A stretch of 58,500 nucleotides of DNA. It comes from Candidatus Colwellbacteria bacterium. GTDB taxonomy: Bacteria > Patescibacteriota > Minisyncoccia > UBA6257 > Colwellbacteraceae. The first letter of the stretch is position 1. Each line of letters starts with the position of its first letter. This document shows positions 10,048 to 18,252 of the stretch, in pieces. Where the stretch lies: positions 1 through 58,500 of the forward strand of contig JAQTUL010000008.1 of assembly GCA_028710275.1 (NCBI GenBank), written 5' to 3'. Both the position numbers and the translations under genes were made by a program. The notes below the pieces were generated by a model. The model worked only from the letters and a program-made list of their open reading frames with translations, was not told the origin of the DNA and did not search any database.

Positions 10048-10614
10048 ATGAGTAAAATAGAATTACAAAATCAAACTATTACCTACACTCTTCGTAAGAG
10101 TAAGCGTGCTAAAAGAATGAGACTTGCGGTCTATTGTGACGGAACAATAGTGATCACTACTCCGCACAATTTTAAAGAAACAGTCGCAGAGAAGTTTATT
10201 AGGGAAAAGTCTGAATGGTTATTCTCAAAAATTGATTTCTTTAAGCAATTTCAAGGTCGTCCAGTTGCCCGATATAGCCAAGAAGACTATCTGAAATATA
10301 AAGATCAGGCGTTGGCTTTAACTAAAAAACGAATTGAGTATTTCAACAAAGCTCATGGTTTTAAATTCAATAAAATCAATATCAAAAATCAGAAGACTCG
10401 CTGGGGCAGCTGTTCAAGAAAAGGAAACTTGAATTTCAACTACAAAATTATCTTTCTACCGGATCGAGTACAAGACTATATCGTTGCTCACGAACTCTGT
10501 CATCTCAAAGAGTTTAATCACTCTAGAAAATTCTGGACATTAGTTTCTAAATTGATGCCTGACTACGCTACTATCCGGAATGACTTAAAAAAGAGTGGTT
10601 TAGCATTCTATTAG
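10048..10614 (+). CDS. DUF45/YgjP-like zinc metallopeptidase-fold protein
   Basis: HELCHLKEFNHSRKFW (HExxH...H) and TRWGSC. This family is commonly adjacent to hsdR. Confidence 0.8.
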   Translation: MSKIELQNQTITYTLRKSKRAKRMRLAVYCDGTIVITTPHNFKETVAEKFIREKSEWLFSKIDFFKQFQGRPVARYSQEDYLKYKDQALALTKKRIEYFNKAHGFKFNKINIKNQKTRWGSCSRKGNLNFNYKIIFLPDRVQDYIVAHELCHLKEFNHSRKFWTLVSKLMPDYATIRNDLKKSGLAFY

Positions 10615-10615
10615 G

Positions 10616-11353
10616 ATGATTAAAAGATTACCTAATCCAATAAAAAAAGTTGAGACCGGATTAATACAGTTTTTCTTTTACATAGGAACACTGGCCTACT
10701 TACTCTTAAAAGGATATGGATGGTCTTCTGTTCTGATTATTCATCTGATTTTTGTAGTGTTGTACGGAGTCTACTATTTCAGAGAAAATTTTCTCATATT
10801 TTTCTTTTCACCTATTATCGCTGTTTGGTTGCCAATTGAGAACTATAAGCTTCGAAAATATCTCAAAAAATTCAAACAAAACACACCGGCTAAATCAGTA
10901 GTTATTTTGGGACGTTATAATTGGTTTAAGTTTGACGCTTGGCTCAGGCAAAATTTTCTGAAGAGCGAGGTTAAGTCTCTTGTCTCATATTTAGAGGCAA
11001 AGAATCGAGACTTTTCTTTCTATCCTGATGCTACTCTTGCCGATGTGGAAAGTATTATGAGTAATAAGAGTATAAAGGAGGTGTATTTTATGGGCCACGG
11101 CGATTCACACACATTTCAACTTAACACTGATGAATTTCTGTACTATTGCGATTTTAACGATCCACAAAAATACGGCAAAGAATTTGTGCATCAAGTACAC
11201 TGCGGCACTCCTGATGGAAAAAGCTTAATAGATTATGTTGTGCCAGAGAAGAATAGGCCACAGTGCTTTTTCTTCAGGAAGCCAATTAATTCCTTCGATA
11301 TTGATAAGGAATTTAAGCGGAGGATTAAGAACCTCAAAAAATTAGGCGATTAG
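10616..11353 (+). CDS. Membrane-anchored hypothetical protein with a possible caspase/CHAT-like His/Cys dyad
   Basis: About three N-terminal TM helices. The C-terminal domain has VVILG, YFMGHGDSH and HQVHCGTPDG. The fold assignment is tentative. Confidence 0.55.
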   Translation: MIKRLPNPIKKVETGLIQFFFYIGTLAYLLLKGYGWSSVLIIHLIFVVLYGVYYFRENFLIFFFSPIIAVWLPIENYKLRKYLKKFKQNTPAKSVVILGRYNWFKFDAWLRQNFLKSEVKSLVSYLEAKNRDFSFYPDATLADVESIMSNKSIKEVYFMGHGDSHTFQLNTDEFLYYCDFNDPQKYGKEFVHQVHCGTPDGKSLIDYVVPEKNRPQCFFFRKPINSFDIDKEFKRRIKNLKKLGD

Positions 11354-11402
11354 CCTATAGATAGCTCCGACTTCGCGACCCTTATTAACTAAACTACGGA
11401 TC

Positions 11403-11936
11403 TTAAATTTCCTTGATCTTTTTATGTTTCTGCCAATCTCTAATATATCCCTCATAACCCGATAACTCGTAGTCCTCTATAGGACTACCATCCGGCTTAT
11501 TAGGTATTTCTCCACCAAACATTGTCAGTTCTTCTTTTAACCTTAGCGTTTTTTGACGTAAATTTTCTTCGAAGCTGTCTATTACATCTTCAGCCGTTAT
11601 CTGCTCGACAACTGGTGGCAACTCTTTCTTATGGAAGATAACCACATTACTCGTTTGTTTAGACTTATATCTTTGATCATTATGGCCTAGTACATATTTG
11701 ATCGCCGTCATGTCCTTGTCCTTTACCTTGAGCATGAGAGCATGTTCGGCTATGTCGCAATTATTTTCTCTGCCACGCTGTATGGCCTGACCCGCAAGTT
11801 TCCGGAACTCTTTATCCGAGTTGCGCCAACGATAATACGTCGATTTGTCGATTCCGGTTTTCAGGCAAGACAAAAATACATTCCCGCTTTTCTCGAGTTC
11901 TTTAAGAAGTTTCTGTTTTGTCTTGTCGTCGATCAT
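11403..11936 (-). CDS. Phage-type HTH protein (terminase small subunit-like)
   Basis: N-terminus KQKLLKELEKSGNVFLSCLKTGIDKSTYYRWRNSD resembles the HTH of phage small terminase/phBC6A51-type proteins. Confidence 0.55.
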   Translation of the reverse strand: MIDDKTKQKLLKELEKSGNVFLSCLKTGIDKSTYYRWRNSDKEFRKLAGQAIQRGRENNCDIAEHALMLKVKDKDMTAIKYVLGHNDQRYKSKQTSNVVIFHKKELPPVVEQITAEDVIDSFEENLRQKTLRLKEELTMFGGEIPNKPDGSPIEDYELSGYEGYIRDWQKHKKIKEI

Positions 11937-11937
11937 A

Positions 11938-13266
11938 TTAATTCACTTTTACTGGTTTCTTACCTGTTTCTTTTCCCCAGCGACGCAATATCACTTCGGT
12001 ATAGACTGGAGATTTTTCCATAAGATAACACCGACGGCTCATTTTGTTTGCCGCGATGAGTGTCGACCCGCTTCCGCCAAACGGCTCAACAATCAGGTCG
12101 CCACGTCTGGTTAATACCTTGATGTATGGAATAAGGATCTCAACAGGCTTAGTCCCGAAGATAATGCCTTGTCCTGATGATTTCTCGTCAGCCGCAATGT
12201 GCTCGATAAAGTCAGTCGGACATATTTTCTTGCCTTTCTCGTATGTCTCCCAATGCGGTTTACCGTTTATGGCATACAAGGCGGTTTCGTATTCGTTTTC
12301 GAGAAACTCTCCTTCATCTTGGTTTATAAGCTCCACACCTTCGGTTGTGCCGACCATGGCAATATCGTGTTTATTAAAGAATCGGTATTTGGCTGAGAAT
12401 CCCTGCACTCTATTAGGTAAGTGCCAGACGATCATGTTTTTGACCTTCCAGTGTTTTTCCATCTCGTTCCAGATAGTCCTAATATTCTTCCAATTCTCAT
12501 AGACGATAATGGCGAAGTCTTCTTTAGCCACCTTACTGATGTTACTCATCCAGAGTTCAGTGAAGTTATCCGGCAAGACATCGGTTTCAAGGTAGCGCCT
12601 GTTTTTCTTGGCCCCGAAGCCTGTCGTCACGCCATCTTTCTGCTTTGTTTTGCCTTTTAGGTAATCGAGGATGTATGGCGGATCGGTAAGGCACATATCC
12701 GCCTTATTGTTGTCCATAAGTTTGAGCATATCTGCCTCCACGGTTGAATCACCGCACATGAGGCGCGATCCATCCAGTTCATAGATATCGCCCTTTTCTA
12801 CGCTGATTGTTTCAATGCTTAGCTTCTCTAACTCTTTATTGAGATCAAACTGCTCAACATTTGGATCAACGGGGAAGATGTCATCTAAGTCTTCGCTGTT
12901 GAAGCCAATATCGGCGAGAAATGACTCGTCGAATTGAGCTAACAGTTCAAGGTCAAACTCTCCAGTATTTTTGTTGAGCCGGAGGTTTAACTCTTTCTCT
13001 TTAGATAAGTCGGCAATTTGTACATAGACTACTGGCACCGCTGCCATACCCATCTCTTTAGCTACCTCAGCTCTGAAGTGACCGCCAATGATTATGTTCT
13101 TTCGCTCCGGCGCGCTATTGCATATCACCGGATCAACCATACCGAATCGTTTGATGGATTCTCTAAGCTGGTCGCTTTGTTCCTTGGAGTGTCTTCGAGG
13201 GTTATACTCCGATGCCCGAAGTTCGTTAATCGGAACTTCAACGATAGAAAGATTTTGTTTATTCAT
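11938..13266 (-). CDS. ParB-like nuclease domain fused to an N4/N6 DNA methyltransferase
   Basis: ParB/Srx motifs YNPRRH and IIGGHFR; methylase motif IV TDPPY and motif I EPFGGSGST. Confidence 0.85.
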   Translation of the reverse strand: MNKQNLSIVEVPINELRASEYNPRRHSKEQSDQLRESIKRFGMVDPVICNSAPERKNIIIGGHFRAEVAKEMGMAAVPVVYVQIADLSKEKELNLRLNKNTGEFDLELLAQFDESFLADIGFNSEDLDDIFPVDPNVEQFDLNKELEKLSIETISVEKGDIYELDGSRLMCGDSTVEADMLKLMDNNKADMCLTDPPYILDYLKGKTKQKDGVTTGFGAKKNRRYLETDVLPDNFTELWMSNISKVAKEDFAIIVYENWKNIRTIWNEMEKHWKVKNMIVWHLPNRVQGFSAKYRFFNKHDIAMVGTTEGVELINQDEGEFLENEYETALYAINGKPHWETYEKGKKICPTDFIEHIAADEKSSGQGIIFGTKPVEILIPYIKVLTRRGDLIVEPFGGSGSTLIAANKMSRRCYLMEKSPVYTEVILRRWGKETGKKPVKVN

Positions 13267-13544
13267 AGTTTTCTAGGTGAATTATTTTGAGTAAACACAA
13301 ACACCACCCTGTTGGGTGGTGTTTCTATCGACCGAGTTCAAAAACACACCCCTAAGGGTAATATTTTTGATACTCGGCTGTTCGCAATTTTATTCTTCTA
13401 AGAGAATGGTGTATGGACTCTTCCGTCAGCTGAGCTGCGTTCTCCAGAGTTAAGAGTCGCTGCGAGAACGTTTCAAAAAAACTAACTAATATGGCAAAGT
13501 GCTTACATAGCAAGTATACAACATTTTGAAATAATTTAGAACAT

Positions 13545-14192
13545 ATGTCTTTATCCGATAAAGCCATCAAAGAGTTTCAGGAGATTTATAAGAAGAAATA
13601 CGGCAAAGATATTTCTCCTGAAGAAGCACGCGATGCTGGCGAGCGTTTAGTAGGCTTGTTTGAAGTTCTGTTTGATAGCCATGTTGCCGAATTAAGGTTG
13701 AAGGAGAAGCTGAAAGATCACCCAAAGGGGTTTTCTTTAATGGATGACGAGATCTATAACTGCGGTATTTGCCATACTCAGATCAGAGACGAAGAACTTT
13801 GGTATGACAAATGGGGTAAAAAGTGCCTTGCGTGCCAGGATGCAGTAAACAAGAAGATTATTCCCGGGAAGATCTGTTATAACAACAAAGATTGGTACGC
13901 TGTATGGGAGCTAGATAGCTGTTTCAAACTAAAGGCGGCGGCCGCCAGGAAGCTTATCCGACAAGGCGTCCTAAAGGCTCGTATTGTCCCAAAAAGCGGC
14001 TTTGAGGTCATTTTGTTGAAAGAGAATACCGATGTCCTACCTCCTAAGGAAATACTGAAATATGTCTCTGTACCTGTAGAGGGCAAAGAGGGCGCTTTCA
14101 GCATGACCCCGTGGTACGAAATATATGATCCCAAGAAGGTGCTAGGGAGCTATAAAATCTGGCCGTATTTAACAGCTTTTAACCAAAAATAA
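13545..14192 (+). CDS. Hypothetical protein with a CxxC...CxxC zinc-finger-like motif
   Basis: 215-aa ORF. CGICHTQI...KKCLACQ. Island cargo. Confidence 0.6.
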   Translation: MSLSDKAIKEFQEIYKKKYGKDISPEEARDAGERLVGLFEVLFDSHVAELRLKEKLKDHPKGFSLMDDEIYNCGICHTQIRDEELWYDKWGKKCLACQDAVNKKIIPGKICYNNKDWYAVWELDSCFKLKAAAARKLIRQGVLKARIVPKSGFEVILLKENTDVLPPKEILKYVSVPVEGKEGAFSMTPWYEIYDPKKVLGSYKIWPYLTAFNQK

Positions 14193-14194
14193 CT

Positions 14195-14674
14195 ATGTCC
14201 ACAAATCAGACAAGCTTTTCCTCAGAAGAGACGTCACTTATAGAAAAAGTTGAACGTGCGGTGCGGTCTTCGATTAAAACAGATTTTGAGATTCTAAAAA
14301 ATGGTAGGGTAGAAAGAAGTTTTACATCTCATCTCGCAAGAGCAATACAGGATGAGATAAGCGAGCATAACATTTATGGCGATCCCTTCTATAATAAACA
14401 TTTAGGGGCAGCTAAATATCTTAATGGTAAAATAATAGAGCTAGATGTAGCCGTTCACGAAAGAAATGTAGATACAAACAATCTGGTCGCGATAGAACTA
14501 GAAACAAATAATCACCCAGAAGGTAACGATATTTGGAAAATCGAAGGATTGACTCATAATCTCGGCGGTTATGGTTATAAGATTGGCTTGTATTTGGTTG
14601 TTGGGGTTTCAGAAAGAGCTGGGGAAATAATTACGATGGATTGGTATAAAAGTGGTAGTAAAGTGAAAATTTAG
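14195..14674 (+). CDS. Hypothetical protein
   Basis: 159-aa ORF, 3 nt after the previous gene. No motif recognised with confidence. Confidence 0.55.
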   Translation: MSTNQTSFSSEETSLIEKVERAVRSSIKTDFEILKNGRVERSFTSHLARAIQDEISEHNIYGDPFYNKHLGAAKYLNGKIIELDVAVHERNVDTNNLVAIELETNNHPEGNDIWKIEGLTHNLGGYGYKIGLYLVVGVSERAGEIITMDWYKSGSKVKI

Positions 14675-14849
14675 AAAGTCCTGAGTACTGTCTTATTTGT
14701 CGCATTTTGGAATTGGGATAACGACCCACATACCTTAAATTTGATCCTGTTTAGAGGCCTCAAAGAGGCCTTATAATGCTTACATACGGTGAGTACTTAA
14801 CTCACATACACCGCATACTATAACAACCGACTTATGTCGGTTGTTATAG

Positions 14850-14996
14850 TATTTGAAAAGGTTCGCAGGGATTCGAACTGAAAAGGGGTCGGGAAAAACC
14901 GCTCGGCAGTTTTTCCCGTAGCGGAAATACTAAAACCGATGGGTTTTAGGGAGCGAATGAATATGAGCGACGTTCGATTACCCTGCCTCTCCGCCA
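14850..14996 (-). ncRNA. tRNA-3'-end-associated structured module, copy D (right edge of the island)
   Basis: Inverted tRNA-Ser T-arm copy GCAGGGATTCGAAC at 14865-14878. Hairpins GGGAAAAAC/GTTTTTCCC (14891-14917) and AAAACC/GGTTTT (14932-14947). Conserved GAGCGACG, then a partial tRNA-Ser 3' end. Homologous to copies A, B and C. Confidence 0.45.
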
Positions 14997-15004
14997 AGAC
15001 AATT
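14981..15004. repeat. attR-type direct repeat (second copy of the tRNA-Ser 3' end)
   Basis: Exact 24-bp match to 114-137. Confidence 0.85.
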
Positions 15005-15133
15005 CTTTATTGGTACAACCCGAGTGAGTACCTAACTGTATATGGGAAAAAAATGGTTTGAATTAAGGACCAAGGTTCCTAAAACGCAGTCCCGCGAATA
15101 CGCGGACGAGTAGTGAGACTCCCCTGCCTCTCC
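15005..15133 (-). ncRNA. Truncated module copy E plus a third partial tRNA-Ser 3' end (CCCTGCCTCTCC, 15122-15133)
   Basis: 15062-15121 aligns with copy C at 53047-53104 in inverted orientation (TCTCACTAC..GTCC(C)GCGTATT.GCGGGACTGCGTTTTAGGA.CCTT.GGT.CCT). Confidence 0.4.
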
Positions 15134-15225
15134 ACACTGATAAACTCACTCCATAAAGGATGGCTCCTTTTCCGGGTAAATCATTTACTCATCAGTGTTA
15201 TAATTAACCCATCTTGCTTTTCGAT

Positions 15226-15582
15226 ATGAAACGCCTCAGAAAAAGTTTTTACTACGCTTTCTCCGGTTTGAAGCAGACCTGGCAGAAAGAGCAGAATTTC
15301 CGTATCCAACTCCTGATAGGCTCCATAATCATAGCTGCCGGGATGATCATAAGCCTCGATTGGTTCCGAATGTTCGCTCTTATCGTGACGATATGTATGG
15401 TTCTCTCTCTCGAAACGATAAACTCCGCCTTTGAACGTTATATCGATAGAATATCTCCAGAGAGAGACGATACAATAGGGTTAGTTAAGGATATGTTGGC
15501 CGGAGCAGTGCTTTTATCGGTACTAGCCTCCGTCATCATTGCCGGACTGGTCTTTATTAAGCCGCTATCTGTCATATTTTAA
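15226..15582 (+). CDS. dgkA: Diacylglycerol/undecaprenol kinase
   Basis: Small three-TM protein. RLRKSFYYAFSGLKQTWQKEQNFRIQ is a typical DgkA N-terminus. The ORF track starts at 15214. Confidence 0.8.
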   Translation: MKRLRKSFYYAFSGLKQTWQKEQNFRIQLLIGSIIIAAGMIISLDWFRMFALIVTICMVLSLETINSAFERYIDRISPERDDTIGLVKDMLAGAVLLSVLASVIIAGLVFIKPLSVIF

Positions 15583-15680
15583 AAAAACCTCCGGTGCCAG
15601 TATTAGATATTTGTTAAGCCAGTTATAAGCATCCTCATCTATATTAAGAGCCATTCCAACTATACCCACGATTGCCGTTT

Positions 15681-16034
15681 TTATCTTTTTGGTCTTTCTT
15701 CTTTTTTAATGAGTTTTATTATCGAACCACTGATATCGTTCCAATTTTCAGTGAATTCAGAAATAACTTTTCTGCCCATATTGGTCATCCGATAGTATTT
15801 TCGTGGCGGACCACTTTTGGACTCTCTCCATTCATATTCCAAAAAACCGGCCTCCTTCAGGCGGTTTAGAAGTGGATATATCGTGCCTTCAACCACTTTC
15901 ATATCAGCCCCCTTGAGCTCCTCTATTATATCCGGGGCATAGATGGCCCCTCTTGATACTACGAGCATCACGGCGAAATCGAGAACCCCTTTTCTCATCT
16001 GAGCCCTCGCATTCTCCATTCCTGTCGTTTCCAT
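15681..16034 (-). CDS. PadR family transcriptional regulator
   Basis: MRKGVLDFAVM...EGTIYPLLNRLKEAGFLEYEW...RKYYRMT. The internal ATG at 15998 has GAGGG upstream and may be the true start. Confidence 0.85.
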   Translation of the reverse strand: METTGMENARAQMRKGVLDFAVMLVVSRGAIYAPDIIEELKGADMKVVEGTIYPLLNRLKEAGFLEYEWRESKSGPPRKYYRMTNMGRKVISEFTENWNDISGSIIKLIKKEERPKR

Positions 16035-16236
16035 CGGTTAACATATATCACACACTACCTTTTATTACAATATACTGAATACTTCTCCATATAACACAAA
16101 AGACCCTTTCGGGTCTCTCGTGTTGGCGTGATCACCATCTAGAACAGCCTCACACCGTTCCTTCCGACAATCTTGCCCTTCTGGATTGATTATCCCCCAT
16201 ACATCCTCCCTTATCAATACCCCCAAATTCACAGTA

Positions 16237-16265
16237 TTGACTTTTTATAAAATTTGTTGTGTAAT
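16237..16265 (+). promoter_or_regulatory. Candidate sigma-70 promoter (TTGACT, 17 nt spacer, TGTAAT)
   Basis: -35 at 16237-16242 and -10 at 16260-16265. Lies upstream of an AAGGGAG Shine-Dalgarno and ATG 16312. Confidence 0.35.
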
Positions 16266-16311
16266 ATCAGAGTACATTTCAAAAATATATGTATGTGAAG
16301 GGAGTGTTTGT

Positions 16312-16650
16312 ATGTCGAACATGGAATTTCCGCCTAGGAAAAGCATGCTCACGAGAGATGGCATCACCTCAAGACCGCTTCTGCCGAAGGAGAAGGACGA
16401 CTACACGATCATGTGGTTCAGCTCGTTATCTAAGTCCTATATCGGACTGCCGATGAATGGAGCGCTCGTCATGGTCGTATCCGTAGCTGGAGATAAGCTC
16501 TTCACGGAAATGATCGGCTTAGCGAAAGACTTCTATCTTGTTGTCTCTCCGGCGACCGTGAGTGGTGGCCATACCCTTGCCAAGCTGGCCTTCGGTATAG
16601 GAGGTCTCATGCTGATGAAAGGCTTGATGAACATCAAGGACAGAAAATAG
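16312..16650 (+). CDS. Hypothetical protein
   Basis: ATG preceded by AAGGGAG. The ORF track's longer 16186 start would run through the promoter-like sequence. Confidence 0.5.
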   Translation: MSNMEFPPRKSMLTRDGITSRPLLPKEKDDYTIMWFSSLSKSYIGLPMNGALVMVVSVAGDKLFTEMIGLAKDFYLVVSPATVSGGHTLAKLAFGIGGLMLMKGLMNIKDRK

Positions 16651-16697
16651 GAAACTCCCGATAAAATACCCATAGCTGAGCTATGGGTATTATTTTT

Positions 16698-17222
16698 TTA
16701 CACAGCCTGTTTCTTTGGGGCTCTAGACATAATCTCATCAATCAGCTTTTTCAGCCTGTCCCCATAAGAAGGGTCTATGATAGCTCCCTTATCATCAAAG
16801 AGTTTGCCGACATTACTAAACATCACGGCCTCCCTCATCGGTATCATATGCAGCTCGATGGAAACCAATCTCAATTGTTCTATCATCCTTGCTCCTCCTA
16901 ATATGCCTATCGATACGCCGCATATTCCCATTGGCTTCCCAAAATATTCATCATATGCGGAATCAAGCAGCATCTTAAGCTCTCCTGGATAGCCATGGTT
17001 ATATTCCGGAGAAACGACGATAACCCCGTCTGCCTCCTTTATTTTTCTTTTATATTCGACAGTCATCGGTGAAGGTTCCCATGTCGCTCTGGCACCATGA
17101 TCTCTTACATCGATTATCTCGGTTATATTTCCCGATAATGACAGTTGATCACTTACGAACTTTGCCACCTTCTCGGAAGCTCTCCCCTCTCTCCCTGTAC
17201 CTAATATGATAGGTATATACAT
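16698..17222 (-). CDS. NAD(P)H-dependent FMN reductase (flavodoxin-like fold)
   Basis: IILGTGREGRASEKV...VVSPEYNHGYPGELK is the family signature. Confidence 0.8.
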   Translation of the reverse strand: MYIPIILGTGREGRASEKVAKFVSDQLSLSGNITEIIDVRDHGARATWEPSPMTVEYKRKIKEADGVIVVSPEYNHGYPGELKMLLDSAYDEYFGKPMGICGVSIGILGGARMIEQLRLVSIELHMIPMREAVMFSNVGKLFDDKGAIIDPSYGDRLKKLIDEIMSRAPKKQAV

Positions 17223-17313
17223 ATATCAATTATACATATGTTATCCAAAATAAGATTGACACATCTATGTTAAATTGATATCCTGCCGGGATTCCAAGAA
17301 AGGAGTGAGTTCT

Positions 17314-17865
17314 TTGGAAAATTCAAAGAGATACACAAAGATATTCATCGTAACGGACGAGAAGCTCTATGATGATCTCCTGTCGACCTGGAAAGGATAC
17401 CAGACAAGGAGAGTTAATCTCGGACTTCAGGATACTTTCGCTGGAAAGGTTAAGGACGTCCGCTTTGCCTCTATCATTGAAAGAATGTCCGGAAAAAATA
17501 CCGTCATAGGTTTTATATTCTGGCCAAGACTTTCTCTGACCGATAAGAATCTGGTCGAAAAGGCTAAAAAGGATATTTCTAAATCTTTCCCTGGAGGGAT
17601 AGCCCCGTATGAGACAGCTGTCATAGGCGATAGGGAAAAGATCGGAAAATTCCTTAAAAAAGCCCGCTTTGTCCCACGTATCAGTTCTCGTTACCATTGG
17701 ATAGGAGAACCCTTCGGATGGGGCATAGCCGTCGATCTCACAAGTAACAACACGGGACTAATGAGGCAGTTCGTATCCGAACTCGCCACGATGGCCCTCG
17801 ACCTCGAGGAGGAAATGCTTACAGGGAGGCTCATGAGAGCGATGAGAATATCGTCAGAAAAGTAA
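17314..17865 (+). CDS. Hypothetical protein
   Basis: In-frame TTG at 17314 has AAAGGAG 9 nt upstream. The ORF track starts at 17275. Confidence 0.5.
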   Translation: MENSKRYTKIFIVTDEKLYDDLLSTWKGYQTRRVNLGLQDTFAGKVKDVRFASIIERMSGKNTVIGFIFWPRLSLTDKNLVEKAKKDISKSFPGGIAPYETAVIGDREKIGKFLKKARFVPRISSRYHWIGEPFGWGIAVDLTSNNTGLMRQFVSELATMALDLEEEMLTGRLMRAMRISSEK

Positions 17866-17985
17866 AAAGGGACCATTGGTCCAGGCCTCGCAGAACTTGC
17901 GGGGCTTTTATTATAATCTGCCTGCCCAGCAATAATGTTTATTGATTATTCCAGTCTGTTTGAGATACACTGATTTTTGACAAAA

Positions 17986-18057
17986 GCCCTTGTCGTTCAA
18001 TGGATAGGACGCGAGATTGCGGATCTCGTAATAGAGGTTCGAATCCTCTCGAGGGCA
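17986..18057 (+). tRNA. tRNA-Arg(GCG)
   Basis: Acceptor GCCCTTG/CGAGGGC, anticodon stem CGAGA/TCTCG with loop TTGCGGA, T-arm AGAGG-TTCGAAT-CCTCT. No CCA encoded. Confidence 0.85.
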
Positions 18058-18065
18058 CAACATAT

Positions 18066-18093
18066 AAATACCCGCCTAATTGGCGGGTATTTA
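18066..18093 (+). terminator. Intrinsic terminator hairpin after tRNA-Arg
   Basis: ATACCCGCC-TAAT-TGGCGGGTAT followed by TT. Confidence 0.5.
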
Positions 18094-18252
18094 TGTATCA
18101 AGAAAAATTAAGGCGGTAATTATCCCGCCCCGTAATCTCAAGGGACATAAAAAAAGAGGTCGGGGGGCTATTAAAAATCCATATATGGAATTGCTCCTCA
18201 CTCTTTTTTATAGGACAATATAAGCTAAGACAAATAAAAAAAATAAAAATCC

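Larger units (their letters stand above)
138..15004. mobile_element. Integrated genomic island (about 14.9 kb) in the tRNA-Ser 3' end, with serine recombinase and defence cargo
   Basis: Bounded by the 24-bp direct repeat. The recombinase lies next to the tRNA. Cargo is R-M, nucleases, a methylase and phage-like genes, with housekeeping genes outside. Confidence 0.75.

Noticed and set aside
13352-13570. 72-aa minus-strand ORF in the divergent region of the island
   Set aside because: Its start would overlap the start of the 13545 gene head-to-head by 26 nt, and no motif was recognised. A hairpin at 13297-13325 could serve as its terminator, so it is not impossible, but support is too weak to call.
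18094-18252. Possible sixth or seventh module remnant downstream of tRNA-Arg(GCG) (AGAGGTCGGGGGGC resembles the GGGGTCGG block)
   Set aside because: Only one short block matches. There is no partial tRNA-Arg copy, no inverted T-arm and no flanking hairpins.
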